NCBI RefSeq assembly: GCF_006345805.1
Contig: NC_042999.1
Coordinates: 128,464,001-128,528,000 of the forward strand
Direction: 5' to 3'
DNA from: Octopus sinensis
Lineage: Eukaryota
Length of the DNA stretch: 64,000 nucleotides
This document shows positions 39,174-50,470 of the stretch, piece by piece. Under the pieces are notes generated by a model, which saw only the letters and a list, made by a program, of their open reading frames with translations, made no database searches and was not told where the DNA came from. Made by a program: the position numbers and the translations under genes. How positions within the stretch are numbered: the stretch's first letter is position 1; each line of letters opens with the position of its first letter.

Positions 39174-39467
39174 GGAATGGAGTAGATAAGATCTGGGCTA
39201 TGCAAGGAGGTACATGTTAACACTTGGAAGATTCAATCAGAATGTTTGAAGATCTTCCCAGGGACAAAATGAGAATTCAATCAGAGTCTGATTGAATCTT
39301 CCATGTGTTAACATGTACTGCCTTGCGACAATGTAAACTTTCATTTAATCAAGACATCCTTGACCTGAAGAGCAGCCTGCAGTATACACCTCGTTTGGAT
39401 ATTTACCACTTCCAAGGTTCCACTCTCTATGAGACATATGTAGCCTAGATCTTATCTGCTCCATTCC
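39174..39467. mobile_element. Fold-back MITE with TTAA target duplication (Kolobok-like GG...CC ends)
   Basis: ttaa|ggaatggagtagataagatctgggcta ... tagcctagatcttatctgctccattcc|ttaa, plus a 40-bp inner inverted repeat. Confidence 0.75.
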
Positions 39468-39674
39468 TTAATTCTTGTATTCTTATTCGCATACCCAGCA
39501 ACTCTACCATGAAATATTAAAAGAACTTTTTTCAATTTCTCATACTTCAATAAAAGAAAATTCACAACCTTCCAACTCAATAAACCATTATTGCCTTTGA
39601 AAGTTGTTTTTTATATTTACTACAGCTTGCTTGAAGATAACTTTCTTCCTACACCTCAATCCTTGAATCTTGTA

Positions 39675-39704
39675 TATATGTATGTATGTATATGTATATG
39701 TATG

Positions 39705-39738
<34 letters not shown>

Positions 39739-39915
39739 TGTATGTATGTATGTTTGTATGTATGTATGTACGGATGGATGTATGTATGTATGTGTATGTA
39801 TGTATGTATGTATATATATGTATATGTATGTATGTATATGTATGTGTGTATATATATGTGGGTGTGTGTGTGTATATATATGTATATATATGTGTGTGAG
39901 TGTGTATGTGTGTGA

Positions 39916-39956
<41 letters not shown>
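39675..39956. repeat. (TATG)n/(TA)n compound microsatellite
   Basis: Direct reading. Confidence 0.95.
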
Positions 39957-39962
<6 letters not shown>

Positions 39963-40592
39963 AGGGGAAGTCAAAAATTATCCACACTTTCACCATAGCA
40001 TACCTTTATTATTGTCACACTGCCTTCTGCACATGCGTGCTTATAGTTGGTACTATTGTGGTTATATAATCGAAGTTTGAGCTTGATTGCACTATTTTTC
40101 TTTCTTGCTTTACGGTGTAAGTATGGCCACTCCACTAGCAATGTGCACCAAAGAAGAACAAAGAGCAGTTATCTGATTTCCCTGGCTGGAAGGTGTGTCA
40201 GGTGCTAAAATTTATAAAAGGCTTTTAGCACAATTGGTTAATGCTTTCAACGGTTTTGGGAGCCACGTGTGGTTGTGCATTGTCATGCAACAATAAAACT
40301 TTCTTCAGCATTTGGTGCAAATTACTGGTTTCAGTTTGTTGGGCAGCAAAGCATTGTATCTTGCACTGTTGATTGTACACTCCTTTTCCAGCATCTGACA
40401 CACCAGAGAAATTGGATCACTGTTCTTTGTCCTTCTATGGTGCACATTGCTTTTGGAGTGGCTATCAGAAAGAAAAATTATGCGATGTGGCTCAAACTTT
40501 GATCACGTGGCCACAATAGTACCAACTTCAAGCACTCATGCACAGACGGCAGTGTGACAATAACAAAGATAGGTAATGGTGAAAGTGCAGAT
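39957..40592. mobile_element. Rearranged mariner: two inverted copies of the 5' end around a DDE-region fragment
   Basis: Left arm 39957-40210 (TIR plus MATPLAMCTKEEQRAVI) is the reverse complement of right arm 40385-40592; middle minus strand LLHDNAQPHVA. Confidence 0.8.
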
Positions 40593-40639
40593 GGAAGATG
40601 ATGATGATGATGATGATGAAGATGATGATGATATATTTA

Positions 40640-40865
40640 TGTATGACTTTGTGTCTGTCTTTGTCCCTCCACCACTGCTTGACAAACTCATTGGTATGTT
40701 CACATCCCCATAAGTTGAGTTTAGCAAAAGGGACCAATAGAATAAGTGCCAGCCATTAGTAAAATAAGTACTGAGGTCAGTTCATTTGACTAAAACTCTC
40801 CAAGGTGGTGTCCCAACAAGGCTGCAGTCTAATGACTGAAACAAGAAAACGTAAAAGATATAAAA
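40640..40865 (-). mobile_element. SINE-like repeat (family of 795-985)
   Basis: gtgtctgtctttgtccctcccaccactgcttgacaa...gactgaaacaag. Confidence 0.65.
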
Positions 40866-41099
40866 GATAAAAGATATATAAATATGTGTTTTCCAACATG
40901 GAGGTAAACAGATTTCTCCATGTGATCAGCCTGAAACATTTTTAAGACATAAGGATATTTTCCTCCTTTCCTTAACATGAAACCAATAGTAGCCTTAATC
41001 CACCAATGCAATGTTGAGCACTCATTTCTATCATTGAACATTTACATGTATGTATATATATATATACACACACATACACACACATGCACATTACATATA

Positions 41100-42000
41100 C
41101 ACTAGATTCCTTGGAAGAAATCAAGTAAATGTATATGAAAACAAGGATGACAAATGGAGAAATGGTACACAATTACAAATACAAACAACAGGTATCTTTC
41201 AACTAAGGACGAATTAGATTAAGCTGGCGTGTGTGGAAGTGAAACCTTACAGCAGGAACGTAGAAGATGAAAGTCATGGGAAGAAATATAAGAGATGCTA
41301 TACAGATGGTAGTCAAACCAAGAAAGAAAGGTCAGGCTCTCGAAGGAGATGAGAAAGGTAGAGGGTAGAGGGATTGAAGAATTAGGGAGGGATGAGAAAG
41401 AGAGAAAAAAGGAAAGGGACAGAGTGAGGTAAAGGAGGAATGAAAGTGATGATTATGAAGGAAAGGCCAAGAAATATGAGGGAGCGTGGGAGCAACAAAA
41501 AGAAAAGTGGAAGGAATGAAGAAAGTGTGAGGGGGCTAAAGGAAAGGGTAAAAGAGTCTTTAGACCAAAAGTGTATGTACGCCACTATATGTATATATAT
41601 TAAAAAAACAAAACAAAAAATGGAACAAGAATGTAACAAGCGACAACAAAACATTCAGACAGTTAGACTATACAAAAAAGGACAGGTCATTCAGAGCTTT
41701 CAATCTTCAGTTGAGTACCAGATCGTCTTTGCAGTTTCAACCAGTTACTCTCAAGACTGAGCTAATTTGGTCAGCCCCAAGAAAATCTAAGCTAAGAGCA
41801 CTAGATTCTTTGGAAGAAAGAAAACAAATGTATAAGAAAACAAGGATGGAAAAATTGGAGAAATGGTACACAATTACAAATACAAACAACAGGTATCTTT
41901 CAACTAAGGACGAATTAAATTAAGCTGGTATGTGTGGAAGTGAAGCCTTATGGCAGGAACATAGTAGTTGAAATTCGCAGGAAGGAATATAAAACAGCGG
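41100..42000. mobile_element. Family A repeat with partial direct duplication (41100-41300 vs 41790-41990)
   Basis: Two copies of actagattc.ttggaagaaa...tggtacacaattacaaatacaaacaacaggtatctttcaactaaggacgaatta. Confidence 0.75.
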
Positions 42001-42420
42001 AGGGAACCTGTGGAAGAGTAGACCCAGGAAGACCTGGGATGAGGTAGTAAAGCATGACCTTCGAACATTAGGCCTCACCGTGGCAATGGCTAGTGACTGA
42101 GACCTTCGGAAATATGCTGTACTTCAGAAAACCCAGCAAGCCAAGTGAGACCATAACCCATTGTCTATGCCAGTCGTGTAACCAGCCCACATATGTGTAC
42201 TTTTCTTTCATTGGACACTAAAATCTGCTTGTGAAGACCTGTTGAGGCAATTGAAATTGAAATCAAATTCGCTGACGTGGCCGATGACAGCACCTATTGA
42301 CTGGCATCCATGCTAGTGGAACATTAAGAGCACCATCCGAGTGTGATCGTTGCCAGGGCCACTGACTGGCTCTCGTACTGGTGGCACATAAAAAGCACCA
42401 TTCGAGCGTGATCATTACCA
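42000..42420 (+). mobile_element. RTE LINE 3' end (ORF C-terminus and UTR), truncated
   Basis: RPRKTWDEVVKHDLRTLGLT then 3' UTR matching 47160-47745. Confidence 0.85.
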
Positions 42421-42960
42421 CTCTCAGACATCACTCAATCTTCTCACTCAGTCGTTCTTCTTCATCCATCTCAAGTTATAGAGTCAATGCGCTCCCTTTC
42501 AAATGTAGTGCTATTAGGCTCACCACTTCACTAATGCCTTGCAATCTCGCCACAAGCCTGGCCACTACATCCAGGCCACTACATTGTCTTCACCATTAAA
42601 GGGCCTGATAACATCACTGGTCATCTCAATTTTAGCTGCCATCATGGTGACGTCTTTTATGTGGAGTGTCAAAATAGCTTGTAGTGAATGCAGAAGATTA
42701 GAAGTAAGACACCTACCTTCGCTTCGTTGGCGCAAACCTGTCGGGTGGTAACATATTCTTCCACGTGGCCTATCCTGAAGCGCTAAAAATAGCAGCTGCC
42801 TTCCCTCACCTTGACAAAGCACTGACATGTCCTGCACTCATGGCTTCCCCGATTGAAAAGGGCACAATCTTCGCCCACCTGTACGCACATCACCTGCGCA
42901 CCATTCCTCTTCCGGTCAGCTCCCAAGTTTCAGTCAGCTCCCCAGTCGCAGATGTCATCC
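42420..42960 (-). mobile_element. Gypsy-like LTR retrotransposon 5' fragment (gag N-terminus)
   Basis: MAAKIEMTSDVIRPFNGEDNVVAWM..LVARLQGISEVVSLIALHLKGSALTL*LEMDEEE. Confidence 0.65.
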
Positions 42961-43433
42961 CACAACATACACTCACACAAAATATAATTTGACATAATCA
43001 AAAAGAAACATGGCAACTGCTAAGAAACAGCAAATCAAATATGTGTATAAGCAAAATGATTTGAGGGAAATTTGGCTGCTATATCTAAAGTATTGTTTTT
43101 GTGTATGTTTTTGTGTATGAGTGTGTGTGCACGTGGGTATGTGCATGTGTGCGTGCATGTGTATGAATATAACCTGATATCAGTGGATACCATCTCATGC
43201 CTGTACATTAGATATTACATCTCTTTGATCAAGTTGTTAATTCTTTAAAGACTTCTTAATTTAATTTCCATTTATACTGAAAATCATATATGAAGGAGAA
43301 TACTATCTTCACAGGATCAGACAGGCTCTTGTTACCAAGGCAATAAATATGTGACCACTACAGTTAATGATGAAAATTAATATGGATATGCATGTATGCA
43401 TGTATGTCTCCATGTGTGTGTACATATATATAT

Positions 43434-43815
43434 ATGCGCAATGGCCCAGTGGTTAGGGCAGCGGACTCACGGTCATAGAATCGCGGTTTCGATTCCCAGA
43501 CCGGGCGTTGTGAGTGTTTATTGAGCGAAAACACCTAAAGCTCTACGAGGCTCCGGCAGGGGATGGTGGTGATCCCTGCTGTACTCTTTCGCCACAACTT
43601 TCTCTCACTCTTACTTCCTGTTTCTGTTGTACCTGTATTTCAAAGGGCCGGCCTTGTCACTCTCTGTGTCACGCTGAATATCCCTGAGAACTACGTTAAG
43701 GGTACACGTGTCTGTGGAGTGCTCAGCCACTTACACGTTAATTTCACGAGCAGTCTGTTCCGTTGATTCGGATCAACCGGAACCCTCTTCATCGTAACCG
43801 ACGGAGTGCTTCCAT
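43434..43815 (+). mobile_element. Long tRNA-derived SINE
   Basis: A box tggcccagtggttag, B box ggtttcgattccc, long unique body. Confidence 0.85.
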
Positions 43816-43912
43816 TCCCATCTCTAATGTCTTCAAGAAAGGCAATGGACATCGGAATCTTGTAACCCATCCTCGAAGAAGCCTGTTACAAACAAAAAAA
43901 AAAAAAAAAAGT

Positions 43913-44130
43913 GGAGGCGCAATGGCCTAGTGGTTAGGGCAGCGGACTTGCGGTCGGAGGATCGCGGTTTTGATTCCCAGACCGGGCGTTGTGTGTGTTT
44001 ATTGAGCGAAAACACCTAAAAAGCTCCACGAGGCTCCGGCAGGAGGTGGTGATCCCTGCTGTACTCTTTCACCACTCTAAAGGCGGTGCTCCAGCATGGC
44101 CGCAGTCAAATGACTGAAACAAGTACAAAA
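43913..44130 (+). mobile_element. Shorter copy of the same SINE head fused to a different tail with poly(A)
   Basis: ggaggcgcaatggcctagtggttagggc...aaggcggtgctccagcatggccgcagtcaaatgactgaaacaagta(A)n. Confidence 0.8.
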
Positions 44131-44225
44131 AAAAAAAAAAAAAAAATATGATAGAAGAGACAGTAAAATCTCCATGCAGGGGTCTTTTGCTGAACTGCTA
44201 GTATGACATATATATATGATGCACT

Positions 44226-44345
44226 TTCAGTTTCTGTCTACCAAATCAACTCACAAGGACTTGGTTGGCCCGAGGCTATAGTAGAAGACACTTGCCCAGA
44301 ACCATGTGGTTGGTAAGCAAGCTACTTACCACACAGCCACTCCTG
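44226..44345 (-). mobile_element. tRNA-derived SINE (OK-like, partly deleted)
   Basis: Similar to 1583-1746. Confidence 0.7.
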
Positions 44346-45263
44346 CACCTATACATCCATACTTACCACACAGCCACTGTATGTATACATGCAGATTTGT
44401 ATGTTTTGTTTTATGTATGTCTTCTCATGCAAATAGTTGCATGTCTAGTCATGCTTATATACTTAAATGATGAATTTTTGGAAAATTTTACAGATTTTTA
44501 CAGTTCCAGTGATAGCTTGGATCTGTAGCCTTCAAATCAGCTTTCTCCTTTCTAGCTTTGAGAAACCTAATTTCTCAGGATTGATATTTAAGCAGTGTGT
44601 TACATATCCCAGTGCCCCAATAATTGCAAGTATAAACCTGAACTTGTAATCTGGATAGAGTTACTGCAGATTTCTCAATAGTTCAGCGAAGGTATTCTCT
44701 TTTTAGCCAATCTTCAGCTTTATGCTAACATCAGTTGGGCAGCTGATTTCTACAACTGTAGACAGTTTCCCTTGTCTATCCATATCAGGTCTATTGTGCT
44801 TACATTTTATTGAGATTTTCACTGGGACATTCAACCAGTACTCCTTTTTTATTATGAGTGGCTATGGCTTCCACAATTCTATGGGTTCTTATTTCTTTGT
44901 CCTTAGTGTTATCCTTTCAAGCAGAGAAAAAAACCAAACAGAACTTAACAAAGAAAAGTAACATATGTATTGAATCCAATTTTGCATTAAATCTAATTTT
45001 GATTCAACATCTTTTTTCCTCCATTTCTTTATACTTGTTTATGGTATATTTATACCTATAATGATATTTTTCAATTATTATTTTCATATTCTTATTATTT
45101 GCTCTGGCTGATTTTTATGAATATGAAGAATCTTTATTAGAAACCATTTTTTTTTTCTCTTTTTGGATCTCTCAAAAAGTTTGAATTGTTCTTTTTGAAC
45201 TTTTTTTCTCACATATGTATTTATATACATACACACATACATACCTAAATACATATATATATA

Positions 45264-45301
<38 letters not shown>

Positions 45302-45307
45302 CGGATG

Positions 45308-45379
45308 GCTGTGAACATCTAGTGGTTAGGACCCCACGTTGTGGCCGTGGTAACCCAGGTTTGAATCCTGGTCACAGCA
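45308..45379 (+). tRNA. tRNA-His(GTG): tRNA-His(GTG), probably a pseudogene or retrocopy
   Basis: GCTGTGA...CCACGTTGTGGCCGTGG..CCAGGTTTGAATCCTGG TCACAGCA; acceptor, anticodon and T stems pair; U8>A, G10>A and T-loop TTCGA>TTTGA substitutions. Confidence 0.85.
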
Positions 45380-45394
45380 GTCTAATTTCATTTT

Positions 45395-45454
45395 CCGTCC
45401 AACCCATGCTAGCATGGAAAACGGACGCTAAACGATGATGATGATGATGATGAT
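45395..45454 (+). mobile_element. RTE 3' terminal tail (5'-truncated)
   Basis: ccgtccaacccatgctagcatggaaaacggacgctaaac(gat)n, nearly identical to 47696-47745. Confidence 0.85.
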
Positions 45455-45589
45455 ACATACATATATATGCACACATACATATATATATGCACATACATAC
45501 ATATATATCCATGCATATATATACACATACATATATATACATATATATATATACACATACATACATGTATACATATATATAGTTAATCC

Positions 45590-45790
45590 AAACTTGAAAA
45601 CACAAAGAGAAAAAAAACACGAGGTCGTGGAACAAGTATAGTGTCATTGGACGCTCAGGAAAGGAAGGAAAGAAGGAGGATTTAACATTTTGAGCAGAGC
45701 TCTTCATCAGAAACATAGAAAAAAGGAAAGATCCAAGGAAGGGAAGATGGAGGAAAAAAAATCACTAACAATACACATGCAGCCACATAC
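45590..45790 (-). mobile_element. Penelope-associated-type repeat with decayed minimal hammerhead (45681-45714)
   Basis: Minus strand gttt CTGATGA a gagc tct gctc AAAA tgtt aaat; CpG-decayed form of CUGAUGA..GAAACGUU. Confidence 0.55.
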
Positions 45791-46109
45791 ACACATATAT
45801 ACATTTTGATCATTTTTAGACTGACCTAGGATTAACAACAGCAGCATTCATTTTTTCTAGTATAGGCGTAAGGACAAACATTCAGAGTTAATTCAATTGA
45901 ACGGCACTTTATTCATGAGAACCAAAATCAAAGTTAACCTTGGTAGGATTTGAGCTCAAAATGTAAAGAGTTGAAACAAATATTGCAAGATATGAATCAG
46001 CCAGTCTACCACTTTTCAATAATAATTGATTTTAATATAGGCATAAGTAATGCTGAGCCTTATGAAGGAGATATCAAAGGATTGAGATATGTAGTGCTTT
46101 GCTGTCTAG

Positions 46110-46570
46110 CCAGCCATGATCTTTCTTTCTTGGCCTGACTGCCAACCCTCAGCACCTCTTGTGTCCACCTCCCATGTTCCTGCCTTTAGGTTTTCACTTC
46201 ATACATGCCAGCTCAGTTTGATTCACTCTCAGTCAAAAGACACCTTTTGTTATTTCTTGCTGTTTGTATTCATAATTGTGTACCATGTTCTCTGTTTTTT
46301 GTTTATTTGTCTTTTTTTTTTGCTTTTGTTGCCGTACACATTCACTAGCCTTCTTATAAAGGGGTCTAATGCTCTTAGCTTAGACTTTTGGGGGAGCAAC
46401 CAGATCACACCATCTCAAGTGTAACTACCCGAAATGGTCGTGACTTCTGGGACTTAACTGATGAAAGAAAGCCAAGAATGACTTGTCTTCTTTTGCCTGT
46501 CTTTCTAATTGTTGTTTCTCTTGTCTGCCTATGTATCATCTATCTGTTTGAATGTTTTAATGCCCTCTAT
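46110..46570 (+). mobile_element. Family A repeat copy
   Basis: Reverse complement of 41100-41850 type (aattgtgtacca, ctaatgctcttagcttag). Confidence 0.65.
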
Positions 46571-46644
46571 TGCGTTTTTGTTCCATTTATATATATATAT
46601 ATATACACACACATACATACATGCATACATACATACATATATAT

Positions 46645-46692
<48 letters not shown>

Positions 46693-46926
46693 TATATGTA
46701 TACACATGTATATACACACACACATACATATATATACATACATATATACATGTATATATATACACACATATATATATATACATATATATATACACTTACA
46801 TACATGCATACATACATACATACATACATACATACATACATACATACATACTACATACATACATACATACATACATATTTACACATCGCACCCTGTAACC
46901 AGATAACCAATGGTTTCTTGCTATAG

Positions 46927-47016
46927 AATATGTGGAACAAGAACACTCATGGAAACGAAAAGTGTTGCTGAAGGGGGTCACAGATGTGCGACGAAAGATT
47001 TCCAGACAATGGACAG
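46927..47016 (+). CDS. Candidate 90-nt symmetric exon, unknown gene
   Basis: tttcttgctatag acceptor, CAG|GTATTA donor; open as YVEQEHSWKRKVLLKGVTDVRRKISRQWT or ICGTRTLMETKSVAEGGHRCATKDFQTMD. Confidence 0.35.
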
Positions 47017-47159
47017 GTATTAAAATAATAAAATAACAGTAATAAACGAGTGATGGAAAAAAATATATAGTGCTTGTGTTTATTTGGCAAAAAACAAAAT
47101 GATAAGAAATAAAATGACCATTATGAAATACAATATATATATATATGTATGTATATATG

Positions 47160-47745
47160 ACTAGAGACCGAGACCTTTGGAAGTATGCTCTGCGTGAGAA
47201 GACCCGGCAGGACAAGTGAGACCATAACCCATGGCCTCTACATGGGATGTAGCCAGTCCATTTATGCATACCTTTCCTTCTTGGGACACAAAACTCTACT
47301 TGTGAAGACCTGTTGAGGCAAGTGAAAATCGAAATTGATCAACATCAATGGAAATTGCAGCTGTGATACCAGTGCCAGTGGTACATAAGAGAACCATCCG
47401 AACGTGGCCGTTACCAGTGCTGCCCCGACTGGCCTCATGCCAGTGGCACGTAAAATGCACCATCCGATCATGGCTGTTGCCAGCCTCGCCTGGTCCCCGT
47501 GCCGGTGGCACGTAAAAAGCACCATCCGATCATGGCCATTTGCCAGCCTCGTCTGGCACCTATGCCGGTGGCATGTAAAAAGCACCCACTACACTCACGA
47601 AGTGGTTGGCGTTAGGAAAGGCATCCAGCCGTAGAAACATTGCCAGATCAGACTGGGCCTGGTGCAGCCTTCTAGCTTCCCAGACCCCAGTTGAACCGTC
47701 CAACCCATGCTAGCATGGAAAGAGGACGCTAAACGATGATGATGA
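47160..47745 (+). mobile_element. RTE LINE 3' end with internal ~55-bp repeats and (GAT)n tail
   Basis: RDRDLWKYALREKTR then repeated ggcacgtaaaaagcaccatccga units. Confidence 0.88.
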
Positions 47746-47795
47746 TATATATATATATATATGTATATGTATATAATATATAGATATATATATAT

Positions 47796-47876
<81 letters not shown>

Positions 47877-48029
47877 ATATACATATATATATGTGTGTAT
47901 GTATGTATGTGTGTATTTATGCTTGTGTATATATTGTAGATGCCTCTGGCTTGAGGTGAGAGTTAATGGTGTGCTATGACTTTCGCTGCTACTGTAGCTA
48001 TTGATGTTGGTGGTATTGTGCAGCAAGGG

Positions 48030-48146
48030 TTACTCAAGCTGCTGCTGCTGCTGTAGTTGTTACTCCTGCCACAGTTGTTATCAATGTAGTTACTACTAAT
48101 GCACTTGTTGTAGTTGTGGTTGATTCCATTATCATTGATGGAGTTG

Positions 48147-48178
<32 letters not shown>

Positions 48179-48720
48179 GCTGGTGCTGGTGGTGGTGGTG
48201 TCATTGGTAGTGTTGATATTGGTGGCAGTGGTTTAAGGAGCATTGGTGAAGACAGAAGTGATGCTGCTACTTTAATTGCAGTTCTTTCTTTCTTCTTCTT
48301 CTTCTTTCTTCTTCCTTCTTCTTCTTCCTCTTCTTCTACTACTACTACTACTACTACTACTGTTGCCACTGTTGCTGCTGCTGCTACTGCAGCTACTCTT
48401 TCAACAATGACGGCAACCACTACCACCGCCACCATATCACCACCACCACTGCTACTAGTGGTGGTGCTGGTACTACTACTACCACCACCACCACCACCAC
48501 CACCACCACCACCACTACCTCTACCACTACCACTACTACTATTGCAACCTTTACTTTTAGTTATGCAAGTGCTTTGTCTGCTTGTATTGCAGCTGTTGAT
48601 TGATGTTGTTGTTGATGTTGTCCATCTGCTGCTACTGTTGTTTATTGTTGCTGTTGTTGTTGTGATGGTGCTGGTGGTAGTATAGTTGCTGCTATCGACA
48701 CTGCTATGTTGTGTTGTTGA
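48030..48720. repeat. Long trinucleotide mosaic (GTT/GGT/CTT/CTA/CCA)
   Basis: Direct reading; gives stop-free ORFs on both strands. Confidence 0.92.
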
Positions 48721-48879
48721 CAAGATCTGTAGCACTTCCTCTGGCTGACATAGCTAACACTCTTTGTCTGCTACTATAATGACACCAGTATTAACAATGT
48801 TTCTCAAGAGAAGGACCACTACGTAGTCGTTCGACCTGCTAAAAATAGCAATCAAGTAACACTTCTTTTGCCATTGTAA

Positions 48880-49105
48880 CCCTTTAGCGTTCATGTTATT
48901 CTGTCAAAAGTAAAGTAATGCTTATATATTTCCATTGTCTTGAATTAATCGTGCATTAGCTTGTTGCTATGAGACTTTGATGAGGCAACTATTAATTTTT
49001 TAGAATGACATTGTAGGGCAGGTGTGAGAAACCAGATCTGACCAGTTTGAAAGTAAAACAGGTAGAATATTTTGGCCAGATATGGCAGGTTTAAATGCTA
49101 AAGGG
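48880..49105. mobile_element. piggyBac-like MITE
   Basis: TIRs ccctttagc / gctaaaggg, right TTAA intact, left gtaa. Confidence 0.8.
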
Positions 49106-49814
49106 TTAAATATACATTGGATACACATAGTGCTTGATTTACAAAAAAAAAAATGGGATGGGCATGGTTGGAATACTTTTGATCCTTTTAGGACTCAATT
49201 AAGACCAACCTAGGATTAAACAGCAGCAGCATTCATTTTTTCTAATATAGGTATAAGGACAGACATTTAGAGTCAATTTATTTAAGTGGTACTTTATTCA
49301 TAAGACCAAAAGGATGAAAATCAAAGTTAACCTTGGTAGGATTGAACTCAAAATGTAAAGAGCTGAAACAAATACTGCAAGGCATTTTTTCAGAAGCTCT
49401 AATAAATCAGCCAGTCTGCCACTTTCCAGTAATATTTTTTTTTTAATATAGGCATAAGTAACGCTGAGCCTTATGAAGATGACAAAGGACTGAGATATGT
49501 GGTGTTTTACTGTACTCAAGATGACTCAACCACCACAACAAAATTGATATCCTAAAACTAAGGTGCCACATAAAAAGCATTGGTATTGGTGCTGTGACAC
49601 ATAAATTGTGAGTGCTGGTGCCATATAAAAAGCACTGGTGATGGTACCATGTAAAAAGCACTCACTTCACTTTGTAAAAGTGACAGGCATTAGGAAGAGC
49701 AGCCATCTATAGAAGACAAGCTAAACAGACTATGTAACTTATGTGGCCTCTGGCTTTGCTTGTTCCTGTCAAGCCATTCTACTCATGGACGGCTTGACAA
49801 CATGGAAAATGGAA

Positions 49815-50470
49815 TTAAATGATAATGATAAATCCAGCAATTTTGTGGGGAGGGTGTTAGCTGATACTACCAGCTCCAGTACTTGACTAGAACTGTATTT
49901 TATCAACCCTTGAGGGATGAAGGTCAACGTTGACCTCAGTAAGATTTGAACACTGTATGTAAAAAGACAACAAATAGTGGAAGACATTTTGTTTGCTACT
50001 CTAACCATTCTGCCAGCTTGGCACCTACCAATGATGATTTTTAATTTAGACATAAAGCCAATAATTTTGTAGGGAGGAGTTTAGTCAATACCATCAGCTC
50101 CAGTATTTGACAGGTACTTTAATTTGTCAACCCTGAAAGGATGAAATTTAAAGTTGACCTTGGTAAGATTTGAACTCAAAATGTAAAAAGCTGGAAAAAT
50201 ACTGCACATGTTTTTTTCTAAAACTCTTGCAACTCTACCAGCTTGCTTACTTTACAATCTTTATTATAATCCTTTCTACTGAAGGTACAGGACCTTCAAT
50301 TTTGGGGGAGGAGACTAGTCGATTACATCACCCCCAGTGTTTCACCCTGAAAGGCTGAAAGGCAAAGTTGACCTTGGTGGAATTTGAACTCAGAACAAAG
50401 AGATGGATGAAATGCCATTAAGCATTTTGCCTGGCATGCTAATGATTCTACCAGCTCACTGCCTTTACAA
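49815..50470. mobile_element. Second cluster of degenerate tRNA-SINE copies (family of 33715-34800)
   Basis: Repeated aaggatgaa.gg.caaagttgacct.gg..gaatttgaactcag. Confidence 0.7.

Noticed and set aside
39588-40069. Six overlapping YI/HT/CV-rich ORFs (similar sets at 13094-13520, 46388-46926, 30127-30432)
   Set aside because: Microsatellite translations
43434-43510. Functional tRNA-Arg-like gene
   Set aside because: Cloverleaf does not close and sequence continues into a SINE body; treated as a SINE head
48034-48735. 233-aa and 189-aa ORFs on opposite strands
   Set aside because: Homopolymeric amino-acid runs from trinucleotide repeats that lack stop codons
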